Assembly: GCA_023920165.1 (NCBI GenBank)
Contig: CP089274.1
Span: 5,580,001 to 5,644,000 of the forward strand
From: Curvularia clavata
Taxonomy: Eukaryota
Reading direction: 5' to 3'
Length of the DNA stretch: 64,000 nt
Below the pieces are notes generated by a model. The model worked only from the letters and a program-made list of their open reading frames with translations, searched no databases and was not told where the DNA came from. Every line of letters starts with the position of its first letter. Position 1 is the first letter of the stretch. The position numbers and the translations under genes were made by a program. This document shows, piece after piece, positions 41,545 to 54,690 of the stretch.

Positions 41545-43440
41545 GTCTATAGAAAACTATTCCCTAGCCGAATGCGAACTTTCCTCTTCCTCCGCCTTTG
41601 CCCCTCGCATACAAGGCGTATGAACGACGAGGGAGTTGTCCTCCGGCTTTAGGGCTGCAGTAAGATGCCAGAGAAGGAAGCCAAGCAGCATACCGTGCTA
41701 GTTCAACTTCTTTTCCCCGCAAATTCGCGTATACTGCAGAGCCCCCCCTCTCCCTTTCCCTTCTTTCCGCTCCCCCAGCCCCCCCGTTGCTTGGTGCGGT
41801 TTATCCTGGGGGGAAGAAGTTTCAGGGGTGTGGTAGTGTGTTCGTCGGAGAGTCTGTATTACGACGATATGACAGGCTCCTTTGGTAAGCTGGGCGGCGC
41901 CCTGACCGAATCAGCCGCCAACCGCAGCGCTTACGTTGTGTGCGGGGACGAAAGTAAGAAAGTTGCGTATAACTGGGGGCGGGGGGCTGCAGTCTGTCAT
42001 GGTTTTCTTTTGCAAGGGGAATTCATGCCCGTGACCTACCGTATCAAGGTGCATTGGGGTAGAAAAAATACGAGAGGAGAACGCGGAAACGAATACCTAG
42101 ACACAGTGTAAATTGGCGAAATGACGATTTTGTTGCTGTGTAATGCAGGCGCTTAGACTGACAAGGGAATAAAGGATAGAGAAGAGGCTTGTGTTTCATT
42201 TCTTTTTTTCGCTTTCCTGAGAAGAGTAAAGCAGCCCAATACTACCGTGACGGTCGCAAACCCGCGGAAGACTCCGCGAAGCGAAAGCAGAGATTGGCAT
42301 TGATCTATTCTAAGAGCTGAAGTCAACATGTGTGTGGGTCGATTAGTGGGGAAAGGTTTTAGTTTTCCCGTCGCGTTCACATGTAACCGGTGGTGTTGGT
42401 AGTGCTGAAGTTGCATCCACAAAAACCTTATCATGGATGCGCCTATGTCGTTGTGCCGAAGCAGGGCACCAGACGATAGCGGAAATCCACCCAGCGTGCC
42501 ACAGCATCCGGACCCAAGGCGTTGTTGCATGGGGTTGCTTGCGTCTTGGTTGATGCTAGCATCTTTTTTTGCTCTTGCAAGGAGATCACCGTTTATAGGC
42601 GTAAGCCTACTTTGAGCCAAACTGGTGTTGAACTGGCTGGGCTGTCTCTCTCAGCCGTGCAGATCCGCATGCAGCCGGATGTACAGGCAAAAGCATGGGA
42701 CCGTCGTCCACAGAACAAAATCAAAAGCCAACGATGACAACAAAGAGGGAAAAGCAATATACTATCTAACCGGGGTGGTGGAATGCCCAACATGCGGGTA
42801 AGATGGGATCCATAGCTGTTTGAAAATAAAAAATGGAGCAAAAGAGGCGAAAGATGTGCCGAGATGAGGGAAGTCATACGAAATACAGTGGGGTATTGTT
42901 GACGCCAGTTTTCTTGTGGAGGGGATGGGGGGATATCGGCAGTGGCTTTTTGTCCGAGCAAATCGACTGCAGCGTTTAGATACAGCAAGCATCAAGGTTG
43001 CGACTCCTTCCAAAGGGGCAGGCCCTGGCTCCGAGGAGCTGGACTACAGGCCAGGTCATAGTTGGTTGGGGACAGGGCTTTGTTACTCGATCGGTGTGCA
43101 AGCCAATGGTAAGCGACGGACTCGAGTCCCACCCAGTTAGGGTCTCTGTGCAGATCTTCAGGGCTTCAGACGAAATGTTGAAGGGCGATCTGCAGGGTCC
43201 GCATTGTCCTGGAGGGAGAGGGAAGGGGGGGTGTGCGACAGGCCTGCAGTCAACTAGCGCTGTTTTTTTGTCCCTCATCTCGCAAACGTAAGATTTACGG
43301 GGATATGGGTGGGAACGTAAGTTATTGGCAACGGATAGTTCAGAAGTCAGCCGTTGGCTTGCGCCAGTCGATGAGGGGGAACTTCGGACCAACCAGGCCG
43401 CAGCGACTCACAGCAGGAAGCGCGGAATAAGCTTTCTGAG
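41545..43440 (-). ncRNA. Large structured non-coding RNA (~1.9 kb), candidate telomerase RNA (TER)
   Basis: No credible ORF. Six nested long-range helices join the two ends. Template-like ACCCUAAC (43143-43136) follows an 8-bp hairpin. GTAAGT donor at 41544, branch point at 41368-41362, and a distant first AG. Pseudoknot and CR4/5 not confidently located. Confidence 0.65.
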
Positions 43441-44411
43441 GCGTCGGAGTAGCGTACAAGAGTGATTGTGCTGTTAGTAAGAAAAAGGAAAGAGGCTAGA
43501 CAAGGCTGCGAACCATGGTAAGCCAACGGCAAATAGTAGAGAGGCAACGGAATGACAGCGGATCACCATCCTGTAGTTCATTGCCGTTGGCTGGCGTCAC
43601 CATTGCACGCGCACTAAATGGCGAGGGATTGCATGAGTGGCTGGCCGGGGCTGAAGCGAGGAACGGAGCCCATGTTATCAAGGAAGAGCTTCCATGGTTG
43701 CAGACATATTGTTGAGACTACCAGGCCGGATTGCGCTAAGCAGCACTGTCGGATATGGTAGAGCAGTGGAACTTGGCAGTGGAAACAGCAAATGGGCTCT
43801 TGAGGTTTACTATGATTGTTTTCATTTGTTGTGTGCTATGGGATTGGGTGCCCAGTTGGCATCAGGGCTTGTGTACAGCACATTCGTAGAAACCGAAGAG
43901 TAAAAAAAAAAGAAAGGAAAAAGAATCAAAGGTCGGTGCACCTTATGAAAGGGCGGGTATCCATATTACCAGTTCCAAACCCACGTTCCCTATGATTGAA
44001 AAGCCCCATCCCTTCCCATGGGCGGTCATCATGGTAGCGCCTAAACTACATTGAACAAGATCGACATGAGAGTCGTAAAGGTATATGTATATACAAAGGA
44101 AATGAGAAAGGAAAATAGGACTATAGGCCAAACCAAAAAGGAAAAAGAAACAAAATCGTAGCATACGTGCAAGACGCATTGCCCCCAGAACGCCGAGATC
44201 CGTTTGTAGCCATGACGGCATGCGTCTATTTCTTCAATACGGACACTTTTGTGAACTCCATTAGATGCTGATCGTAGCCGTAAGCGCCTTTGCTCCTGAG
44301 GTCGTTAAGCCTCGTGCCGCTGATCAGGAATGTGATGATGATGATGACGATGAAATACACCAGATGTAGCACAATAGGAAAAAAAATGAATAATGAGGCA
44401 GTCACTTTTGC

Positions 44412-45353
44412 TTAAGACTCAAACTTGCGCTTCTCGCCGCTAGCAGCAATGGCAAGGGCGTCCAGGCCGCCGTACGAGCTGGGGTTGTAGCTGTACTGGG
44501 CGGGGTCCGGGTAGGGAGAGCGGTGTTGTGAGAGGTCAAGGAAGGAGTCGGATGACTGGGCGGCAGGAGCCATGTACGAGGGGGCGGCGGGGCTGATGGG
44601 CAGGGTCGGGTCGACCATGGACAGCGACGAGAGCGAGGGCGTTGTTGACTGGAGAGGCGCGGGCTTGGGGCGCTTTGCCTGGTGCTTTGCCTTTTTGACG
44701 TCGCGGTCACCGCCTTTGGCGGCATTGCGACCTGTCTGGTGAGTGCGGCGGTGCTGCTCCATGTTGTCCTTGCGGGTGAAGGCCTTGTTGCACTCTGGGC
44801 AAAAGGCGTCCTTTTTTCCAGTGTGCTTCTTGGCGTGGCGGGCAGCGTGGCCTGAGGTGGTAAAGTAATCATTGCATCCAAACTGCTTGGCCATGGGGCA
44901 TGGGTAGCTGTTCTTCTTGGGGCGCGCGTTGAGGGCGGCGGGCTCCGGATGCTGCTGCTGCTGTTGCTGGTCGGGCAGATGGTCGGGCCTGTTGAAGTAG
45001 CCCGGCTGGGCGGCGTAGCCGAGTGCAGAGGGTGGTTGCTGGTGCATTGGGTAGGCCAGGTCCTTTTGAGAAGAAAAGAAAGCGTTTTGCGAGAAGACGG
45101 GCGAGTCCATGCCCTGCTCAAAGGCAAAGTCGGGGGTGATGGGCGAAGGAGTTTGCATGTTGGAGTCTGAAGAGTCGCTGCGAACTAGGCGGGGTGTTGG
45201 TGGCGAGGCAGCAGGCGAGGAATAACTTGAGGTCCGGGACTGGAGGGAAGGAGTAATGGAGGGAAGTCGGACAAGCTGAGGTGGAGGCGCCGGGCCGTCG
45301 TTTAGCAAAGACACTCTGCGACCTGTCGAATTCTTGCCGGACAAGGCGTCCAT
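44412..45353 (-). CDS. Two-finger C2H2 transcription factor, Nrg1/CSP-1-like
   Basis: Start MDALSGKNSTGRRVSLLN; fingers CPMAKQFGCNDYFTTSGHAARHAKKH and CPECNKAFTRKDNMEQHRRTH (FTTSGH resembles Nrg1); C-terminal GLDALAIAA. Confidence 0.88.
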   Translation of the reverse strand: MDALSGKNSTGRRVSLLNDGPAPPPQLVRLPSITPSLQSRTSSYSSPAASPPTPRLVRSDSSDSNMQTPSPITPDFAFEQGMDSPVFSQNAFFSSQKDLAYPMHQQPPSALGYAAQPGYFNRPDHLPDQQQQQQHPEPAALNARPKKNSYPCPMAKQFGCNDYFTTSGHAARHAKKHTGKKDAFCPECNKAFTRKDNMEQHRRTHQTGRNAAKGGDRDVKKAKHQAKRPKPAPLQSTTPSLSSLSMVDPTLPISPAAPSYMAPAAQSSDSFLDLSQHRSPYPDPAQYSYNPSSYGGLDALAIAASGEKRKFES

Positions 45354-45389
45354 TTTGTGCAGACACGTGCCGGTGTGGGGGCAAGAGAG

Positions 45390-45530
45390 GGCAACAGAGT
45401 TTGGCAACAGAGTTTGGCAACAGGTGAGTCTAGAAGACTGCAGCACGCAAGCAAGCACGTGAAAGCGAGGTGAGAGAGTGCGAGAGTGCGAGAGTGCGAG
45501 AGAGAGTGAGAGGGTGAGAGGGTGAGAGAG
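45390..45530. repeat. 13-bp tandem repeat (ggcaacagagttt x ~2.6) and GA-rich simple repeats in the C2H2 gene leader
   Basis: Read directly at 45390-45423 and 45470-45530. Confidence 0.7.
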
Positions 45531-46045
45531 CGGTGCGCAAGAGCGGTACAGGGTGGGTGAGGGGAGCCTTTGTACGTTGACGACGGATTTACGTCGAGAC
45601 GGGGAGGCTGCGCAGGCGTGTGGCTGGAGGCAGCGTCGACGTGGTAGTAGTGGTAGTGGTTGGTGGGCTGGTTGGCTGACGGCAGTGGTGGACAGTAGCA
45701 GCAGCAGCAGCAGGAGACGGTAGTGGTGGGGAGCTGAGAGAGAGTGAAGATGAGAGGAACTGGGAGAGGGATTGCAGCAGCACCACACCAGCTGGGCGGG
45801 CCTGGGTGGCAGTTATAATGGGCAGGCACAAGCAGGGCAACTGCCCACAGGGTTCGGTTTCCGGGATCAGGGCGCTTTCAGGGACTGAGAATTGCATGCG
45901 TGGAGATGGGAAAGTGCAGTGCGCCCTAGGACGCTAAGCTGCTGCTAGCGCGGTGAAGGAGCAGGGGCCCCGGCGATCAGCTTTTGTCGCGAGGCGACGC
46001 GCGACCAGGGAGCGCCATCAGCTCATGTTACGCCTGCCATGGCGC

Positions 46046-46085
46046 TACACTGCACTGCACTGCGCTGCGCTGCGCTGCGCTGCCT
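46046..46085. repeat. (CTGCA/CTGCG)n pentanucleotide repeat
   Basis: ctacactgcactgcactgcgctgcgctgcgctgcgctgc. Confidence 0.8.
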
Positions 46086-49000
46086 GCGCCCGGCGATCGA
46101 GTGCCTCCCCCTCCCCCCTCCCCCCCAAACCTTGTGCGCTGCCCTGTTGAGCCCGGCGCTGGGGGGACGCGGGCGATCAAGAAGTAAAAGCAAGACCAAA
46201 CAAGCAGGCCAAGCCCAAGGGCGGTCCCCGGCCAATGCTGCACGGCGGACGCCTGCCGTGCCAGGACGAGAGATCGCGATTGCGACGTTGGTTTCAACCA
46301 CATCGAGCTGCCTGGCTTCGGGCACCAATTGCAGCCGCCTTGCCTGGTCCGGTCGGTGCCAGCTCACCACCATCCGGCTCCTGGCTCCTGGCTCACCGGG
46401 GCAATCGGCACGGCGAGGGCTGCCTTGGAACACATTGTGGTCACGATACCCACGCTGTTGTTGTGTCGGTTTGCCGTGCCTGTGCCTGTGCCTGTGCCCA
46501 TGTCGACTCACCCCGCCCCAACAACAGCAGCACACGCACACGCACGCGCTCGTCGACTCTTTCTCTCCGCGGCTTCATGGCAATGCATAGTGTCAGCAGC
46601 AGCCAGGGTCTTTTCTCAGCGCGTCGACTGCCACTCGACCCGACTCGACTCAATTCGACTCGGTACTCGAACAACGAGGCGCCGGCATAACGTCGACAAG
46701 GACTGATGTAATCCAGAGAATCAGGGTCTACTCCGCTCGCACACGCCTGCGCACCGTTCGGCTAGCCGCAACCGGGCCAGTGCGAGGCTAGACGTTGCGC
46801 GGTAATCGGGCAAACGCTGGAGGATCGGTCTTGAGATGCTCCGATGACGTCGGCGGAGAGATGATCCTGGCCGGCCCCTGGAGGGCTAGACCGGCCCTCC
46901 ACGCGGACGCCAAACTCTAGCCGTCCGGCCCACGCTGCCTGGCTCATGCTCGTCCCCTCATCGAGCTTTTCGCAAGCCATCGACCTCCCCGTTTGTTTTT
47001 TGCCATAGTACTCGCTCGCCGCCCTGGCCCATCCGGTCCTTTTCCTCGCCTGCGATCGCGATCACGCCCTGCCTGTCTGGTTTTCTGCCAGCATCACGCC
47101 GATGCAGGGCCCAAACAGTCCCCCTTTGTGCCGCCGCCTGACCCGGGCTTTCGCTATCTCTTACACACTGTGATGTCATTCACCAACCCACGCCGCTAGC
47201 CGCAAAGTCCCTGCGGATCTAGCGCCCTCTGCCACCCAGAAAAATCCCCCGTCGCCCAAACAGGCAGGCCTCGATGCACTCTGCTCAAAGTCGCCATGTC
47301 CTCGATGAGACGGCCGTGGTGCCATTTCGGCCTGCCTTCGCCGCGCGACAAAATCTCTTCGCATCACACTGCCCCTTCCACGTGGAGTCGACGCCATGCA
47401 ATCTCCATCCTGGCCGCCCCAATCTCTCCCCCCACCGCCCTCAACCAATACTCTCCCCCGTGGTCGTCGTCACTAGTCTCCAACTCGTCGCCTGGGTACC
47501 GTGGTAGCTGGGCCCTTTGATTCCTTTGCCTCGTCAATCGGTCGGTATCCCGATGCACTTGTCTAGCACAATCTCACTCTGAAACCTAAAATTGCTTCTG
47601 CTATGCGCCCCTCGCTTGCGCAATCTCGCAACCGCTCCTGCTCAGCCAGCTACCAGGCTATTTCCACCACTGGCTCTACAAGAGACCCTGCATATCCATC
47701 CCCAGTCTTGTGCATGAAGCAGCGTCCAAAAAGCCGCACGCGCTTTTCATTACCCTCATGACTAGTCTTGGGCTCAACATTACTCTCTCTCTCTATCCAC
47801 TTCCTGTTGATTCTAGTCACAGGAGGTGGCTTTGCACACAATGTAAATTCGATGTAATGCCGACTTCATTCTTACGTCACTGCCACGGACGTGGACCCAC
47901 TCGGTTCCGTTGCGCGCGACGAAGATGGATCGAGACAAGGAGAGAGAGAAAAAAACACCCTCTTCCGACAACTGATGAGCATTTGTGGCTTGGCAGCCAC
48001 AGACTGCATCTCGATCTTCTAAGGCACCGCCAGCCTTGTACCAAATCACGTTGGGAGGGCATGGTTCCGACGGGGCGTTCAGCAGCTGTAACCCCACCCT
48101 CGACGTTGATTGACTGCAGCAACAAGTCCCTAGGGTTGAGTCGATAAAACTAGCAGCACTCCTCGAACGCGCCGTTGCTCGCATGCCAATCTAGTGGTTC
48201 GGTATCGCATTTGCAGCCCGTTAGTCGAGCCCCGCTTGTCAACAGCTGTACATGGTCGGCTGCGACTTGAACATGAGGGTGCCCATGGCAAGTCGTGCCG
48301 TGTAGTTGAACCCACCGGATCCAGTGTCCGGGACAGACCCTGGCTGCGCTTACAAGGCATATCCGCCCACTCAGATTGCCTCCTTTGCTTCTTTTCGTAT
48401 ACATGCTTTTTCGTCTTCGCTGGCGCCTGTTGGGCTCGTTGTTTTCCTAGTCGTCGTCGTCGTCTCTAGGACCTTGGTTACATGCTTGGCTCGTGGCTGA
48501 CAACAACAGACCCTGGAGCTGTTCTTGAAGCCATGCATCCAGCCCAGCACCACAACCTGCGTCAGGGACCGCGTCGTGTCAAACAAAGCCAGCGCGGGTT
48601 ATTTCCACTAGGCCAGGACGTCTTCGTGTATGGCTGCTTAACAGAGACAAGACCGCAAACAGTGTTTCAGCGGCGCACAGTGTGGTTCCGACATTCTTCG
48701 GACGGCCAAGTCGCTCCCACTACCGCCTTCGCACTACGGCACTTTTGCGCGCAGCCAGCATCCTACAGCTGCACTGATGCGCACGCTACCGACGCCTTCC
48801 GTCGCTAGTTTTCCAAGATTGAGTACACACAAACCCAGCGAGGGATTGCAATATCTTGACTTGTTGCGCGAGGCTGGCGGCTGGCGCACGCCGCGGACTT
48901 TGCGGTAGCCAAGAGTATCTTCAGCTGGGACCTCGCTAGCCCCGCTCTCATTGGCCGCGCCGCCACAGAACCAGTTCCCACCAGACGTTCCGACCGTTGC

Positions 49001-52000
49001 CGACTTTGGTGTGCCCTGTCATGCCACCCGTCCAAGAATACCTATCGACATGCGCGCAGGCGTCCCGCATCCCCGCTGACGCTACCGCAGAGCAGATCCA
49101 CGTGGGAATCTCCAGGTCAATCTCTCTGCTCCCCATCTCTGCTTCGCATTCACGCTGCTATTTCGGCCTAGCATCTCTTCCTCGCTGTGGCTGAGAAACG
49201 CCATATCTGCTGCCCTGGCTGGACCCCTTTCGATTTCTCTTTCCCCGCTCCACTCGCAGCCGTGCTTGTCGGATGTCGTCTTCATCCGCGTCGCTAAACC
49301 CGTCGCCCTCATTAAACTCTATGCGTGTTTTGTAATCATCGCTTCATGCGCACGCCTGTCTGGACCCATTGCCCCTTCGACACAAACCTGTCATGTCTGC
49401 GACCGCCAAGAAACAAAGAAAAAGAAAATAACAGAAATTTGTCCTCACCTTTATTGTTTCAGCCGTGCACCAGTCTCCCCCAGACCTGTCGTCGACGTTT
49501 GCACTTATGGGAACACTAGGTCTACCCCGTCCGAGTGCTTTGGCCCGCTCCTTGTCTGGTTCCGTGTCCATCATTCCGCTGTCAACCCATTCTGCAACCA
49601 AGTTTGCCATTGTCTGTTGCATGGTACAATACTCGCTAGCTTATACACATACCCAAAAACCCCAAAAGGTACAAGCACTGTGGAGATCGGCGGCTATCTT
49701 TCCCTCCCAACATCCTAGTCCTCGCGATCGATGCGCCTCCTGGCGTTTTTTTTTCCTTGTGCATCTGCAACTGATGACTTTTTTTTACATGCATCTCATC
49801 TGATGTCTGGTACTGCCTCATACCACACTTGCATGCCTTGTTTCCACTTCTGGCCAGGATTACGAGCCGATTGCTTCCGGCTTGCGCGCATCTACCCTGG
49901 TAAAGCCAAGTTTATGTACTCTACTGACCGTACCGCCGTCGGCGTTTTACCATCGCCTTATCCATAGTATGCACGTCGAAGCTCCGTCTCTGAAACTTGG
50001 TGTGATGCCAAGTCCCGTCATTCAATACTCACAGCCTTCGCTTGTATGCCAAAACGGTAAGAGGGTTCAATACTTGCGCCCGGTATGCCGCCCCGCTGCA
50101 ACATGACTTGTAGTTGCATATCCCGACCATCTGCAGGGACGTTTTTCTTTCTCACCGTTTACATCCTTGGAGTTAATATGAGAGGGGGTAAGCATACTAC
50201 GCGGCTCTACATCCGGACGCCATTTTCCGGATTGGGCCCTGCGGCCATGATTCGAACCAAACACACAGACACTGCTCTGCCCGCCTTGCTTTGTAAACCC
50301 GACTGTGCTTCGTGTTCCCGCCGGGCGTGTATTGGCGTTCCGGGAAACTTGCCCGGTGACCAATGGGCGTGCTTGGATACGACCATCACCAAACTCATGC
50401 CCATGGTTCACATGCTATTGTCTCGGCAAATCGACTTTTGGGAAACATCATGGGGAAAAACAAAACATCAACCTTTAACTTTCTTGCTGTTTGTCGCTTT
50501 TGTCTTCTTCCAGACTTTTGTTGCTCCTCTCACTCTCTACATCATGACTAAAGAACCCCTCACAATGCATGGTTAGCTAATGAAAAGTCATTTTTCCTAT
50601 CTTGTCATCCTGGCCCTCTTCCTCTTCCCGATCTGCACCACCCTTGCTCTGTCCTTCTGTCTATGTCTTTTACCGCGTTTGTCCATCTGAGCCGCCCGTG
50701 GTTCACCGCAGTCAACGACGACTGTCGTCGTCACGCCGTGCAAAATCCCTGCCTCCAGCCCCATGTTACCCGGTTCCCCCCTTTTCTCTTACACACTCCC
50801 ACTGTACCCTTCCCATCTGGAGCATGTCCCGCCCTCTTTTCTGATATCCCCATGCAGTTGGGATAAGCAATGCACGCAAGGTATCTCATCCCATTACACC
50901 GTCATCCTCCTCCGGCATACCTTCCCTCCTCAAATCCCCCATCTTATCCCCCAAACTTTCCCATATTCGTCTCAGCAACACCATCGCAAACCCTTCTCCC
51001 CAAGGCATAGGACAAACCTCAAACAGCATATTTCTCCAAACGACCTTTCTTTAACTTTACCTCCCCTAGCCCATTCACAAACGCTTACCCTGCATCCCCT
51101 CATCCCTTTTCCCTTCCAAGCGAGAAACAAACCCCCTCATAAGCTCCAATCTATTGCTCCATGTTCAAACAAAGGTGCAAGAAAATCACAAACATGTACT
51201 GTACCGGTAAGTATGACGTTATTTCTCCGCCGCGCACGCGGAGAGCTTGCGTACGTACCGAGCACGCGAGCCTTTCTTTTTCGGCCTGTCATTGCGAGGG
51301 GCGGGGGGCTGGGCTGGAGAATAGGGCCGAAAAGATGAGCTCAGTGACCGAGCTACGGCGCGCGCCTTTCCTGTACCAATGTGACGAGTAGCTTTGATCG
51401 GAACTCGTGGAATACGCCGAGGGCTCCGAGAGGAGAGGAAGGGTACTGTACCCCTTTGACCTTGCCTAGCTGGGCTGCCTACGTGTTGGAGAGTAACCTT
51501 GGTGGTTAGCCGTTCAGTTTCCAAGGAACGAGGGAGAAGACAGGCGGGATGTCCCGAACCTCGAGGGCTTGGTGCCGTTTTGTCTCCTTTCGCTACCTAC
51601 CTGTACATGTGGTTTATCAAGGGATGCTGGACTAGGAAGGTGTGAGGACCCGGTGAGTGGGCGGCAGTGAAGCTCGGGATGTTGTTGAGGTGTTGAGATG
51701 GCTGCACGTGATTGAGCACCTCATGCTCTGGTTGTTGCTAACAAGGTGAGATGTGATTGTTCTGTCTCTTCCGTGTGCTGGTGATTCTACTTTATCACAA
51801 AGTGATACAGAATCGTACAATACCAGTGATGAAAGGTAAAAGTCATACAACTCTACCCACAACACCTTGGTAAACTAGACAAGATATCGTCTCTTTTCCC
51901 AAGCTCCCAGCTGCTTTTCGAATGATGTCTCACATGCCACCGTAGACCTGCGACTCTTCCTTTCTGCCCTGAAAGATCAACCATTCTATTTTGAAAACCC

Positions 52001-52189
52001 CTTGAATCCTCCCATGCTGAAACCTCGCTCATGCGGGTCCGAAACTCAGACTTCTAGGAATCAAGTACGCCGCTCTGATGCAAGTAGCTAGACTGTCCTG
52101 TCCGGACTTGTACATCTATAGAATGGAGAGTAAACTATCGTGGTAATATCATGCTTCCAGCGACACGGATGAAAGACGCGGGAAATGTT

Positions 52190-53160
52190 TGTCCTACAGT
52201 ACTGTATGCGTACTGAAGTACTTCATTGATACGAAGGAATTGTCAACAAAGCAAGCTCGGTGAGTTGAGGGACTGACTAGGTTTAACTTTGACATCGAGT
52301 ATAAACCAGAGATGAAGAATCTCGTCAATAGCCTATTAAGAAGACTCAATTACGCGCAGCAACTCCATGTAGAGGAGCAACAAGCGTTGCAAGATACTAT
52401 ACTATTAAATCCATAATAAATGTTTTAAATAACAACAGATACTCTGAATATCTAGAGCTTTACATACTACTAAGGAACTATAGGGCCACGAACCCTCTAA
52501 CATAGGACCCGCAGTGTCCAATTGACCGTCTAAAACCATCGCTTCTGAGCAGAAATTCCCTAGTTTAATATTAGTCACTAATCACGAGTCGCTCTTACGT
52601 CTTTGTAGTAAAGTGGCAGCAGAGGACTGCTAGTATAAGGACCCATACTTCAAACCAAGGCCCAAGGACTTTGACGTCGCAAAAGGGCTACTATAGAGCC
52701 TTGGTATACAATATCTCTGGTTAAAGAGTCTAGTATAGAAAGTAGTACAAGACGAAAAAAAATAACGCTTTTGCGCTAGAAACTCCAACCCTCATATTCG
52801 GCCATATTAGAGCATCTCCAGAACCTATTCGGGTCTATTATAGACATAAAGCGCCGACGCGACAGGAAGAAGGCGAGGCGAATAAGAGTACCAATATCTT
52901 GAAATTTAACTCTAGCGGAGTCCTAATAAAGTGGCTCTCTTATTACTTCTATTGTACTACCATATGGGTTGTTTGTTAGCTATAGTTTATAGTAACTTTC
53001 GGGCTAAGTCGCCTTCATTATAATGCTAACACTCTAGCTGTTTCTCTCTTTTGGGCGAGAGCGGTAATAAAGATTTGGTATTGTACCTGATCGCTAGTAT
53101 TATCTAGGTTTTGATTGGAGATGTTGACTCTATTCAGCGCAAAACTTAGGACTTAGCGAA
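52190..53160 (+). mobile_element. Degenerate Ty3/Gypsy LTR-retrotransposon pol relic (RNase H end), RIP-like mutated; boundaries approximate
   Basis: 52213-52356 reads LKYFIDTKELSTKQAR*VEGLTRFNFDIEYKPEMKNLVNSLLRRLNY versus the Gypsy pattern LKYFxxxKxLxxRQARWxExLxxFDFxIxYxPGxxNxADALSRRPDY. Many differences fit C->T/G->A changes; the flank is AT/TpA-rich with no ORFs. Confidence 0.8.
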
Positions 53161-54099
53161 CTATCGGGCTGCACCATTGCCAGCAATACTCTGGTCGTTT
53201 GGGTTGTCTTCTGGTTTCATTCTGATCTGCAAAGCTACACGACTGGTACTATGTGAGCCTGAATATTGTAATTGCGCGCGTTGGCTGCGTAAAAGGCAAT
53301 CTCAAAATCTCAACAATGAATTCCAGCCAGGCCGTGCTCCAGGCCCAAGCTCTATTGGCAATCCTGCTACATTTGCGCCAAGGCATTTGGAAAGGACCGC
53401 TATCGGCTATAATTGTGCATTGGCCATGGCCGTTACAGTGACGGTGACGGTGACTCCTAGGCCATCATATTTGGGGAGGGCAGTTATTCTGGCTTCGTAG
53501 TGAGATGATAGCTTTATAAGAACAGAACTTGAAAAAAAGAGGATGCTAACCATGAAGAGGAGCTATACCTGACACGGCTCTAGCTAAGAGACAATACGAA
53601 AATAAAAACTGCATGTCTAAGATTGCCTTAGACTATAGAAACATGGCTCTCTCACCACCACAACTAGCACCTTTACCACCACGGTTGCCGTCGCAAATGA
53701 TTCAACCTCCGCATGCCTCAGAGCAAGCTGACAAACACGTAACCCGCTCCCTAGTCAGCCACATCTGGCCGATACCAAGTTGTCACATGGCGAAGATTCT
53801 AACGAACAAACATTGCCACGCGCCTCTGCTGCCGTCAAGCCTGAGAATGAAGCGACATTTGACGGCACGCTGAAACAGCAAGATCCCGTCACAACTGCCT
53901 TTGCACCTGCAAACCCGAACTGAATGCAGCCACTTCTCTTGTTTAATATACTGATCGTCTATCGATGCTAATTTTTCTAGCAAGATTTTCTCTTTTGCTG
54001 CGTATATAACTTGGTAGATTGCCCTTTTGGCAACTCTTGTATGTCGCTCAGCTCGCTGTAGAGCATGTGGACAAGCAAATACACGACTCAAGCTTTAGC

Positions 54100-54690
54100 T
54101 TACAACATCTGACCAAACGCTTAAGTTTACTATTTAGAATTGAATATGTAGTACTAAAGGTATCTTTTATTTAAAAATGCTGTGTATCCGTATGCCAATG
54201 GGTCATCGTCACGTGAGTGCCGCCCTTTTAGCAGATACGTTATATCGCATGACCAGAAGGCTGCAGAAAATCAAAGAAACGAGTAAAGGTAAAGAATAAT
54301 AGGTAAAGGCAAGTCTGAGGCTATGTGAGAAACACTAGTAGCAGGATACTAGCCGCCGCGGACCCACCCTAGTAACAGCTTCTACTACATTACTCAATCA
54401 CACCACTTCTACAACTTTCAAAATTTCTACCCTCAACGTCAACCACGACGGGAGTATGCTGCTAGGTCTTTCCTTGGGTCCCCATCGGATACCCTTGAGG
54501 CCAGTGCTGCATAGTATAAGAGTCTTTATAAAATCCATAGAATAAACCTTGAAAATTCGTATGAGTATTACTCTAATATTTTTGCTCCTACCTGTCAAAC
54601 CTCTACAACGACTGGCGGTCAATAAAGAATAACTAAGAAAACCATATCTACATTTAAAAAGGCCGTCATTGTCTGTTTTCACCAGTAGTG
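54100..54690 (-). mobile_element. Possible degenerate retroelement integrase relic
   Basis: AT/TpA-rich stretch; IFKVYSMDFIKTL resembles the integrase xSMDFI motif. Weak. Confidence 0.3.

Noticed and set aside
45354..45788. 145-codon in-frame N-terminal extension of the C2H2 factor
   Set aside because: Non-ATG start and low-complexity repeat-derived sequence; more likely 5' UTR.
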